Assembly: GCA_965644295.1 (NCBI GenBank)
Contig: CBFFRP010000199.1
Span: forward strand, 186,001-250,000
Direction of reading: 5' to 3'
DNA from: Paraphysomonas bandaiensis
Taxonomy: Eukaryota; Protista; Chrysophyceae
DNA: 64,000 nt
The notes beneath the pieces were generated by a model that worked only from the letters and a program-made list of their open reading frames with translations, was not told where the DNA came from and did no database searches. Made by a program: the position numbers and the translations under genes. This document shows positions 23,452-35,615 of this stretch, piece after piece; position 1 is the first letter of the stretch, and each line of letters starts with the position of its first letter.

Positions 23452-26311
23452 GATGAAATATAATAACACAGCCACTGGTTATGAGAATAAATGCAAAAAC
23501 TTTAAAGTTTCTTCTTTCATCTACCTTCAAAAGCTGCAATAGTGGGATCAAACTATTGAATGAGGGGTGGGTGGTCATGTACATGCATATACTGCTGTAC
23601 AATAGTGGAATATACGGCACTGTGTATGGTGGTGTACGCACTGTGTACCGTATACACTGGTGTACATCCTGTACGTAGGGTAGCAGCACTGTATGTTATA
23701 CGTATACTATGGTACACAAGTGCTGTACAATGAACTGCTGATATGCACTGTAAACCAATGAAATCAGTTCAAACATCTAACTGTGGATTCTATTCGCCAA
23801 TGCGATTAACATACATACAGCAGTGGTGATATTGACCTGCATCTGTGTGGAATATAGAAGTATATGTGATGCAAGATATATGATGCAAGCATGACATGCT
23901 TGATTCTGTGAATAGACAGGTAAGATGACTAGAAACACCAATCTCTGTCTGATATTGCTATTGTCCGGTAGGAGCGGTTCCCTTACTCTGAAGCGAAGGC
24001 ACAACCTGAGCGAGTACTGCATCTTTGCTCAAACGCAAAGTAATTCATTTCTAACCAATTCTCGATGACTACTACTGCAACATAGCGGGTAGAATGACTA
24101 AGCAACTTGAATGATACGACTATCTCTCTATTATGTAAACGATGGGTATATTTCTTATAATACTTTGTAAACAAGTACATTTAGTTAATATAAACATTAA
24201 TAGTACTTAGGTTACTTAAGTTAGATGGATGTTTGTGGTAGTATATGGCACGAAAGAAAGTACACTTGTTGCATGGGTGAACAAGATAGTTGCGCGCTAC
24301 TCAAATTCTACGGAAGGAGGTAGAGTACAAGTATGGCAACCAACACTGAAAAACATAAACTGATTACTAATACTAAAATGTAGGTACAAATAAACGAAAT
24401 TAATGGATAAATTTCCAGTGTGAGTGGGATTTTGAAAAAGACATATATTTTCCACACTTGTTTGTATCTCGATAAGGTTGGTATCTTCTCTTTCTGATAT
24501 AGTTGCAGTTGTACAATCGTACATTTCTGCTCTGAAATATTGTCTATGCTACTTGAGTGGTGGAGTCTTTTTTTCTGTCCTCTGTTCTCTATTGACTTTT
24601 GAACATTTTTACTTGTTTACATCGTGAAAAGAAAGTTATGTTAGACTAGATAAAAGACTATTATCAGTTAAAACACATCAACAACATAATTTTATATTTC
24701 TTTCCTATCAACCTCTGATTAACTTCCGTATCTTGAATCGTCATGATACTTCAGTTTCATTCACAGTTATAGCTATATAGTAATTTTGACTATGTATTAT
24801 AGTTTTTTACACACTTTATTTAACGTATTATACAATTCTAACTTAGGGAAACATAAGTATTCCAACATCCTCTAACTTTGCTTTTACTTCATCTATTCTG
24901 CGTTGGTCTCTTTTTACTTGCTCTGTGATTCGATCGTTCTGTAAAGTGTAATAACCAGCCATATCTGGTTATTTTATGCTATATGAGCTCTCTATTGTAT
25001 ATGTTTAAGTTTGTACATACTACCTGGACAACATAGGTTGAATATTATTATTATTACCATACCTCACATTAAGCTATATGATATATTATGAATATGACAA
25101 TTCATGCTTATCATTGATACTTATATATCTATTCAAAAGACAAAGAAAGATAGGATTACCAATAATGAAGTTCAATGATGAAGATATTATGATTGATGGT
25201 ATATATGTATATGTTCTTATTATATATATATATTAATGCTTAAGGCTGGAGAAGTTTACTGGAGAATTCCGGGTTTGATATCTACGCTGATAGACGTGTA
25301 TTGCCAGATTATCCAGTAATACAGTTGTACTTATGTATTTCATTAGGTACTCATTGTTTATTGAACTGTACTTGGAAGTACGTATACAAGGCTTCAACTA
25401 CAATGAGAATACTGAATGTATCTTCCCTTTTGCATTGATGATGAATCAGTTGTGATCAGGCTGAGCTATTAGTGATGTATATGGATGAAGGTCATTCCTG
25501 TAGGCCTTCCTCTGGCCTGGGAATCATATGTATATATTGATTGTTGATAATAAGATGCAATTTCTGTACTCTGGAAGTTGTTTGTAGATAGTATTGTAGT
25601 TGTAGTCATATTCATTGTTAGCTATCTATTAGTACCATGGAGGGAGAACCTAAAATGGAGGTTCATGACTCTAGTCTGTTTCATTTAGCTCTGAGAAGGA
25701 TCAGAGCAATGATTATTGAAGAACAACAGTCGATATCGAGTGCTGATGAGCAGCGCGTCAGAGATATTGGACTCGTTACTGGATTAGATGATGCTGACAC
25801 CAATAGGAGGGTGTTACAAAAGCATAATGCGTAGTCAAATGCGAGTACAATTTATGACTAGGTTTATAACTAAAATTGACTAGGTTGAATCATTTATTAC
25901 TTTGACCAGGTGTGATTAGGTTGAATAATATTCCCCGCTCTATTGAATATACTGTCAACATAAATTCTTCGTTCTTCTAGGAGTAATGTAATTAATTACT
26001 TAAACCAATACAATTGTGCGAGGTGTTATCACAAACACATCAATGTCAAGAAAGCGGTATGAACTGTATAGAAACACTCAAAACACTCATAGAGTAGGCA
26101 TAAGAGCATTTGCTCGCTTTCCCAATCGAAGTGAAAGAGTCAAGTTGTCATGCTTGTGTAGTATATATCGTACCACTCTAACGAATGGTCAATCAAAATT
26201 TCTGAAGTCACAAAAGTGCTAAGCAAAACTTAAAAACAAATTATTGTAGAATGTACCAAAGTACCTGTCACTCCGATATCACATATATGAAAGGGGCAAT
26301 TCGTAGAAGTA

Positions 26312-29300
26312 CTATTCGCAAACAAACAAATTACATTCTTCCATTTCGTGTATGCGTTGGTAGTCTGCAACAAGTTGTTCTTCGTCTGGATTGATAAGAA
26401 CTACAACCCCACCAAATGTAAAACAGTTAATGGTGGGCTTTACGTCACACCCCGGCTTGAGAAATATCTCCATACTCACGAACGACTTCATTTGTCGAAT
26501 TTCTTCCACAAGATTGATATTCACTTCCGCTAGTGTTCCACTGGTACGACAGATAAGAAACAACAGGCGTCCATCACAATATCTCACTGTTGGCTACAAA
26601 TATACAACGTAAAAACACCAAAACCTTACATTACAAAACAGTATCAAACCTCATTTGGAAGGGCATAAAAAGCTTCTGTAGAGGTATAAGTAGCCACGGT
26701 AGCTTCTACTTGGTTTAATCGTAGTACCGAGTCAGAAATAGGAATCCAAGACCCCTCGGCTCCATGGCATCTAGAGCCCACCTCGACTAGCACTGGTTCT
26801 CCCTTAAACCACTTAACCTCGCCATGACTGGGGCCATTCTTGATACCTAGTGCTGTAGCTACCTTACGCATGTACGTTACCAACTGTTCGTATATCTCAG
26901 GGTTGTCAGACATGATCTTCAGTGCCTGCCCATAGCACACAAAAGGAGCACCATTCGCGGGCCTGCGGTCATACTCCCATATAGCAACAACCTTGTGCTC
27001 CCCATCGCGACTGACCATATCTACAACGTACTCCTGGCCCTCAAGGTACTCTTGAACAAGTACACTGCGATTGACTAGTCCGAGACCATTCACCTTACCC
27101 AAAATACTTCCGAATGCATTCTGCACTTCAGAGACACTCAAGCACAGAGTAACATCATCCGATCCTGCGCTGTCCATGGGCTTCACGATTACTTTGAAAG
27201 GATCAGGTTGCCACTCCTCTAAAAAAGTAGCAATCTCTGTCCAAGTAGTAGCCTGAAGCTGCTTTACGGCTCGAATACCTGCTGATTTTATTGTTTCCCC
27301 CATAATATACTTGTTCCGACGGGCCTCGCTCTGGTCTGTTCCATTTGTACGCAATCCAAAGTGACTCGATAACTTATCAGCAAGCTCCACTCCAGTTTCT
27401 GCGCCTGGAATAATGGCTACTATATTTTCATTGATCTTCCTAATATTAGATGCCATAACTTCAATGTCATCGTTATATCCAATTATTGCTTCAAATGATA
27501 AATTAAGGCCTTCTGGGACGAGATTTTGCAGATTGTCAAGCTTTTCTATCTCCGCGCTGTATATTGCAATGACCTTTATTCCTCTCTGTGTGAACTCAGC
27601 AGCAAGAGAAGCACCAGTGGAAAACGGGTCTACCACAGCAGCGTACTGCACCACTGGAATTTCAGTAGATTCGGTAACAAATAGACCGATTTGCTCCAGT
27701 TCCGCAATTCTAAAGAAAAGACGTACTTAATAGCTGTCTACAAAGACAGTAACGTCATACCTATCATAGTCGCGGTTGAGCTGTTCTTCATTCGCATGTG
27801 CCAGCTTGATGCACCCTCCCCATGAAAAGCAGTTCTCAGTCTTTTTGAGTACATCCTTCGGTTTTACAAAAAATTGATGACCACGATAGGAAGCCATATG
27901 CGTAATTTCCCTCATGGCCATGTCATTGTACCTTTTAACCCTGCCCTCCTGATAACTTACAATCCATTTCAAAGCTCCATAGCTCTCCCTATTGGATATC
28001 TACAATGTATTAAGACAATGTTTCCCACTATTAAAAACGTACCTCACTAGGAATGGTTTCAAAATCACAATCATTTCCACAAAAAACATTTACTGTAGCA
28101 TCAGCTTGAGTAAACCCAACACATTCATTCTACGAACTATTAGGTTAAAAATAAAATATTAAAAACATACCGCTACATCAACCCAAAGACCGTCACCACC
28201 ATGGCATCTAGAGCCCACCTCGACTAGCACTGGTTCTCCCTTAAACCACTTAACCTCGCCATGACTGGGGCCATTCTTGATGCCTAGTGCTGTAGCTACC
28301 TTACGCATGTACGTTACCAACTGTTCGTATATCTCAGGGTTGTCAGACATGATCTTCAGTGCCTGCCCATGACACACAAAAGGAGCACCATTCGCGGGCC
28401 TGCGGTCATACTCCCATATAGCAACAACCTTGTGCTCCCCATCGCGACTGACCATATCTACAACGTACTCCTGGCCCTCAAGGTACTCTTGAACAAGTAC
28501 ACTGCGATTGACTAGTCCGAGACCATTCACCTTACCCAAAATACTTCCGAATGCATTCTGCACTTCAGAGACACTCAAGCACAGAGTAACATCATCCGAT
28601 CCTGCGCTGTCCATGGGCTTCACGATTACTTTGAAAGGATCAGGTTGCCACTCCTCTAAAAAAGTAGCAATCTCTGTCCAAGTAGTAGCCTGAAGCTGCT
28701 TTACGGCTCGAATACCTGCTGATTTTATTGTTTCCCCCATAATATACTTGTTCCGACGGGCCTCGCTCTGGTCTGTACCATTTGTACGCAATCCAAAGTG
28801 ACTCGATAACTTATCAGCAAGCTCCACTCCAGTTTCTGCGCCTGCAATGATTGCTACTATCGGCCACTTTAATGACGCAAGCTCTGCCGTTAAAGTCTCG
28901 AAAGCAATATCACTCTCTATATTACTGTTCAATGAGCATACCCCGCTAAAGGAGAAGTCAAGTCCCTCTGGAACCATATCTACCAGGTCCGCCAGGTTTC
29001 CAGACATCGCTGAAATTACCCTAAATCCCCTCAAGTAACAGAGATACGCCAGCATAGCACCTGTGGAAAACGTATCCACGATAACAACAGCTTCGTCACG
29101 TTGCTCAGTAACTTCAGTTAAAGCTTTATCAAACTTAAAACGATGTACTGGTGGGATTGGTGTGGTAGTATCAGCTTCTTGCCAAAAGTGTTTCCTGTAC
29201 ATAACATCTTCTAAGCTAAGAGTACGACGTCGCTGTAATTTCACTTTATCAACAAAAGTTACAGCTCGTCTCATGTTTGGTCCATTAGCATCAACCCCAT

Positions 29301-29514
29301 GATTTATTTTACGATTATGTGTAGAAAGCATACGACGTTCATCAAATGTAATAGCTTTACTCATTATAGGGCCTTGAGAGTTGATCTCAGCAAATTTTGG
29401 TAATGTTTTAAATGAATTTTCTATAATAAACTCAGATTTCTTTGTTGTTTTTGTAGGACTACAAGGAGGAGCTGAAGGGATGTCATCCTGTGAATGAGAT
29501 TGACTTGTTCCCAT
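26312..29514 (-). CDS. Tandem (double) ATP-grasp ligase, L-amino-acid-ligase/carnosine-synthase-like; 5 exons, about 1000 aa
   Basis: Two modules, each with VD(T/P)FSTGA, GAETGV, RRNKY, IVKPMDSAGS, QEYLEGQEY, HGEV and EVGSRCHG plus a C-terminal domain. Four GT-AG introns (about 28130-28170, 28000-28042, 27710-27760 and 26597-26649) join all ORFs in frame. Confidence 0.9.
26762..28844. repeat. Near-identical 646-bp intragenic direct repeat (26762-27407 and 28199-28844)
   Basis: Offset of 1437 bp; only 4 nucleotide differences found by eye. Confidence 0.95.
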
Positions 29515-29926
29515 TGTAAATAAAGGGAGATATGATATAGAGGTGAATGTATACTATGCTTTGATGAGAATGATGAAGATGTCTAGTGGATAGTGTGGAT
29601 AGGAATAGATACACACAGCAGTACATACAGCAGTACATACCTCTAGCAGAGTACACATACAAATACATCATACTCGACTCTCAATACAACCATACTATAC
29701 TGCTGTATTATATACAATACCAGAGATATATAGACACAAAACCATATGGTTTTTTGACAAACACTTGAAGTGAACGTCAGTAAAAAACACCGAATATATG
29801 GTCATTCTATACATTCAAGACTATAAAAAATGGGTATATTATACACTGCAAGTGGATATTTTTAGGTGAAATGTTTCAGATTTCCGCACTTTTCTTCTTG
29901 ACTTGTTGACCAAAAGCCAACCATGT

Positions 29927-30373
29927 GAGTAAAGGCAGCCACTGGTATCTTTGTCATTGTATGTTAGATATGATGTAATCCTTCTTCCATACCACCAGCA
30001 GGCATTTATTCTATCAAAAGCCACATCAACAGTAGAGATCTATCAGCAGATGAACTACTTTGGAGACTCAGCCTCCTCTGTCTTTACATACATGGATATA
30101 ACGTTGGTTAACCAGGTGTGTGTTGCTATCTATCAGAAGTCCTGTCAGCTAATCGAACAGGATGTTAAGCGGAAATATACACAGAGGTCATGAACTTGGT
30201 GAAGGGTCGCTGCCGCTTTTGTGTGAAAGTGTGTTTAGGCACCGGGGTCACGGGTGAAGAGTATGCTATCGGAATGGACAGGCTATTATAAGATGTTACT
30301 ATATGTAACTTTGGTGACGAAGGTCATGATCTTGAGATGGCAATCCGGTATATGTGGAAGGTAACCGTGAGTA
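29927..30373 (+). pseudogene. Eroded, intron-containing partial duplicate of the DsbA-like gene at 34246-35265
   Basis: Colinear with about 34468-35051, including intron sequence, with several deletions and substitutions. Confidence 0.92.
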
Positions 30374-31010
30374 GATAGTGTAGCAGAAGAAGTGGAGTGG
30401 ATTGTAAAAAACAGGGTATGAGAATAATGTATGTTCAGTATGACCGGACCTTTCCTGTTTCAACGGTATCTCACATTGCGCCTAATAGTGGACCAAGATT
30501 GTTGTAGTAGAGGAGGTACATCCAGCTAGTGGTGGGGATATGACATGAAGAAGACAGAGATGTTGAAAGAAACGAAGATGAACCGTGTGTAGAATGTGGC
30601 TATAATTCTTAATAGTGTAGCGCTTGTAGTGCATGTAGTCTAGTTGAAACTGGTCAGTGTGTTCAGGTCTCAGATTAGGGGGGGGCGCAGCGAAAATGAG
30701 TCGTTATTCACAATCATATATAGGATAAGGAGAACATGGCGTATTAATATAGATTACAAGGTAGGTAGTAGTCTTAGGAAATTTGAGGTTAGCAATAAGG
30801 CCAGATGCGGGATAGGAATTTTCTGTGACTACCGGCTATGGCCGTTAAACCTGTAGAGTATTATGCTGGTACACATGCATAGATAGTAGATAGGACAGTA
30901 AGGAGTTCTACATGGTATCTCTAGAACTTCAATAACAGGTAGAGCAACTAGATTTCTAGATATATCAAACTTTGGTGCACTTATTCCATTTAAGTATATA
31001 TGAAATATAC

Positions 31011-31088
31011 ATGAAAGTCTTATGATTAGCAATAGGCGTCGAGGAACAGCACCAGATAAGTAGCTAAATGAAAACTAGTCAAGCTAGA
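31011..31088. repeat. Dispersed repeat fragment, copy 2 (similar to 8928-9011)
   Basis: Shares the same ordered sequence blocks as copy 1. Confidence 0.8.
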
Positions 31089-31285
31089 TAGACTTCTACC
31101 TGTAACAAACTAGTACAAATTCTCATATGTTACGTCTCAAGTGTTATACAGAGGTTATTGTGCTGATCCTTTCCTACATTAGCCTGTACCCCAAAAAGAG
31201 GAATATAGGGCTATCTGTGCTGCTTGCTCAGATATCCCTGGTCTCATCAGTACAGTGGTAATACAGCATTGAATATGGTTAAGGC

Positions 31286-31316
31286 CAGGGCTAGGCAACA
31301 TTACATTGCAATATAG
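31286..31316. mobile_element. Solo end of a CAGGGCTAGG-type MITE
   Basis: CAGGGCTAGGCAACATTACATTGCAATAT resembles the terminus of the 45356 element. No partner end was seen. Confidence 0.5.
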
Positions 31317-31751
31317 TAGTATCACTAATCAGTAATCAGTTATAATTCTAGTCATAAAGATGACATGATAATCAAACCCACTACGCTGGTAAGCAATAAC
31401 TAGCTGCTTCTTAGCTACTTACAATTTTTCTAATCCTCTGAACCATCACGAGTGACATCAATATATCAACATTATTACGTTTATTCAAAATTAGTTGAAA
31501 TATGCATGCACCGCCCGGGTTATTCAGAAACAACATTATATTAAATGAAATACGATTCGTACCTTTGCGCAACACTGATATAATAAGTTTAGCCATGCTG
31601 AACAGCAGGAGTTCACATGTATTGGAAGTACATTCTTAAATTAAGATGTATGGTTGTATTTAATGGTTTTATATAATAAATAATTTTTTTACTGTAATTA
31701 GTTTTACATTCATTAATCACAAACACTTACTTGAACTCTTTTTTTACATTT

Positions 31752-33486
31752 TCAAAATTCATCTACAAGACTTTCATTACTCTCAGTCACTGCTGTGGCC
31801 TCTACGAGCATTTTTCCTGGCGGCGCAGAGGGTCTGCTCGAAGAGTATTTACTCCTACTTCTAGTGCAGTCTGACTGCGAGCAATTTGTCTCACCAGTTG
31901 CAGTAGATGTGTACTCCTCCGTAGTCGTAATTTGGAAATTTGTTTCACTCCTTCTGCTCTTTCCCCCCCACATGAACCACAAGAACAAGTTATGGTGGAA
32001 AGAAAGGTGAAATATCAAGAGCAGCTGATGTATCAAGAGCAGCAAGCACAAGACTGCCAGGATGCCAATGACTATATAGAAAGGTGCCAAGTTAACACTG
32101 TAATCCTTCTCGTGGCTGCTCGACAAAATCTCTACAGTCGTTGAAGAGGTGGGCAGTTCAGTTGGTGACATTGTCGGTGAAGTTGGGATTGAGGTAGAAA
32201 GTGAAGTAGGCATTACACTTGGCGTTACAGTGGGCATTGCAGTTAAAGTGGAAAAGTCAACAAAGAAAAAGGCAGAATCTCCATGCACAAGCGGAGTGAC
32301 GTCGTCTACAACGCGTAACAGGTAAAAACCACTGCCACTATCTGGCGCCACCATAAAAGTTAAAGAGCTGTCACCTGTATTTAGAACCGCGCCAGTGCTC
32401 TCAAAGATGTCCGCGTTGTGTATGGTGTTCCAGCAAACCAGCTGCCCACCAGACAGGCGAAAGCAAAACTCGAAATGCACGAAGTTTGAAGTACAGTTTG
32501 CTGCTTCCCACCGGACGGCTAAACTGCGCGATACCGTCGTGATGGAAACAGAATCCCCCCATGCCGGTGACATGACATTGTAGCCCAAGCACGGTGTCAC
32601 GGTGGGCGACGTGGTGGGCATATCAGTTGGGGTTGCTGTGGGCACTGAATTTGGAGTTGATGTGGGAATAGAGGTTGAAGCTATAGTGGGTTTATAAGTT
32701 GGCATTGTTGAGGGTAATGATGAAGTGGGCATTACTGTGGACAGTGATGGCGATGTGGAAGGCGTTGTTGTGATTCCGACTTCTAAGTAAGCTTCAACTT
32801 CATGTATTTCAGGCAAAGATAGTTCTCTATCGTACATTATCACTTCTGAAATTGCCCAGTGACTTTGTTCAGAGTATAACGTATTCACTCCTAAATCGCA
32901 GAGGGATCCAAAAACACCATTCGTGGTGCTTCTTTGGACACCATTACTACGGTAAAGATTATACTGGTCCGATGAAATAACCCAGTCAGTTCCGTGAGAA
33001 TCCCGACAACAATCAGTAATCCATGCACTGTGAAACGCAACACCTGCGCGGCCGTGATGAAATCCAGAGAGCCAATTACATGGCCAGCTTAACGAAGAAC
33101 CAGTAAAAATCCTAGACATTGAGCCTCCAATATACTTGGTGCGGTGGAAGAGAGTATATCTGCCAGATGGCACTTGGAAATTCAAAATTGCACTGGGACC
33201 TCCGTAGAGGTACGGCCGAAAATCTTCATCGTAAGCCTGCGAAATAGTACCATAGGTAAAAGCGTGACGACCATTACCCGAAATGTCTGCCCATTGACTC
33301 CCTGAGATGACATTATCCGCACGAAAATGAAAGAAGATCGATGAGGGCAACGCATTTACCACAATAACTAGCACGAAAGTTTATAAAATAAGCGATTAAC
33401 AGAAACAAAGGATCAACGTTCGTTTTACCTTGAATTACTTGTATGAGAATCACCTTTAAAAAGACAGTAATAAATCTGGATATCAT
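31752..33486 (-). CDS. Type I membrane protein: signal peptide, LamG/ConA-like lectin domain, S/T/P repeats, small beta domain, TM; 2 exons
   Basis: Exon 1 MISRFITVFLKVILIQVIQ is spliced through an intron at about 33370-33428. Motifs QWADISGNGRHA and ISEVIMYDRELS..EI..VE.YL are typical of LamG-like folds. PT repeats and a hydrophobic helix follow. Confidence 0.82.
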
Positions 33487-34245
33487 TGCGATAGAATTAA
33501 GATAATCAGTCTATTTCCCTGTCGTTATAAGCGTATGCTCATCACTTTAACCCATTAGTAATACGGAAGAGATCTGAATATTGTGGTTATAGATGAGATC
33601 TGATTGATAAGAGTAGTCTGAATAAGTGAAACAGTAAATAGATATTATGAACAGGATAATAGAAAGATATGTAGCTTATACTCTCAGCTCGCTCTATATG
33701 AGTTCTGTGTGTGTGGAACAGCTATCTGAGTATCTTCATATAGCCAGATATACATGCATGTTCTGCCTGCCTGCCTGGTGGAATTCTATTTTTCCGTAAT
33801 CATGTTCTGTATTGTGTACTGAATACCAAATAGCGTATATATGGGTATACTGGTATACTTGCAGTGGGAATGATGTACAGTATACTGTGTACATGTGTTG
33901 AGCTGCTGAAATAGCCCCATTTTCTCTCCAAATAATCTCCAAAATGATGAATTTTGTGTATGAAAATTGATTATTTTGAGAGAAAATGCAGTGGGGTATA
34001 CTGTATTTCTCGCAATGCTCCTGTAGGAACTTGGAATTCCTACTCTACTGTACAGTACATTATATATGTTGTACTTGCACAAAACTACACACTTTTTGCC
34101 AAAAAAACTCTTTCCCATCAAAAAATGGGTATATTGCAGAGTGCATGGCGGTCTCAATGCATGGTCTCACTTGTACATTCACGAGTCCAGCCACTTAATA
34201 TTCGTCTTGTAACAATTATCAATTTCCAAGTTTTTCTTCCTAATT

Positions 34246-35265
34246 ATGTATCGTAATACTCTTCTTACATTGGTCACCATTGTAACGGCCGTTTTAGGTC
34301 AGAAATCAATGATCCCGCTAAGCTCGAATGAATACTCCTATACGAGAGGAAACCCTTCTTCTAGTATTGTAGTAGAAATGTATATTGACTTAGCATGCAG
34401 TGCCACTATGGATGCGTGGCCTACACTGAATGAAGTAGTGGACGCTTATAGCAATGATGTGTTTTTCGAGTAAGCCACTGGCTTGTCATAATATCTTTGT
34501 CATTGTATGCTATTAGATATCATGTATTCCCTCTTCCGTACCACCAGCAGGCATTTATTCTATCAAAAGCTGCATCAACGGTACGGTTTTTCATGAGAAA
34601 CCTGTAGTTTGTAACCTAAGCAGGTGAACTACTTTGGAGACTCAGCCTCCTCTGTCTTCACATACATGGATACAACGTTTGCCAACCAGGTGTGTGTTGC
34701 TAACTCTGAGAAGACCTGTCAGCTAATCGAACAGGATGTTAGGCGGAAATATACAATTCAGCCACTGCCGATATGACTTACACAGAGGTCGTGGAGTTGG
34801 TGAAGGGCTGGGCTACAAATGGTCGCTGTCTTTTTTTGTGTGAAAGTGTACATCTCACATGTATTTAGGCACCGGGGTCACGGATGAAGAGTATGCTATC
34901 GGAATGGACAGGTTTTTATAAGATGTTACTATAAGTAACTTTTATTTAGTTAAATTTTTTCTGTAGTAACACTGACGAAGGTCATGACCTTGAGATGGCA
35001 ACCCGGTACATGTGGAAGGTAACCATTCATGCTGTGCAACCCAGTGAGTAATTTGATGGGTAGTTTGCGACGTTACATCATATTAATGGTACCCCTTTAT
35101 ATTCTATTAATGGTCTGGAGGTGATGGGACTTTCCACCTTTGCCGAGGTAGGTCTTTGTATCAGTTTAGATTGATGCTCACTTTGGTACCATGCAGTGGG
35201 CTTATACATTAGACCCACTCATTGAAGCAGCACGCCTTCGTAAGAAAGCTGGAAGAGATCTTTAA
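34246..35265 (+). CDS. Secreted DsbA/thioredoxin-fold protein, 8 exons
   Basis: Spliced protein has a signal peptide, VVEMYIDLACSAT, FPLPYHQQAF and INGTPLYSING. Seven GT-AG introns. Confidence 0.88.
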
Positions 35266-35615
35266 CTGCATGATATGATGAAAGAGTTTACATGCTGATT
35301 GTCTATTTTGTGTCTGCAGTGCACATGAAAAGTCATCCAGGGTTAGCAGCTATTTTGATATACCTTTCTAACTAACTTGAAATCAATGACAAGCTATTCG
35401 AGCATCTTATGACTGTAAATAGTACAATATTACCTACGTATATATCAGGCCTTACTGAGACGGTTTGTGTAATACAACTGGCAGTAATTGTAAAATTAGC
35501 TGTCGTAATAGGTAATAGTACCTACTGTAACAGAAGCAGGCGGGTGCAGCAGAGTGAGTGACACAACTTTATTGTTGGATAGACTGTCACTTAATTATTT
35601 AGTCGTTAAAAACAT

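Noticed and set aside
25070-25834. Possible spliced gene or pseudogene on the + strand
   Set aside because: Intron-like boundaries and short coding-like stretches are present, but I could not build a continuous frame or recognise a family.
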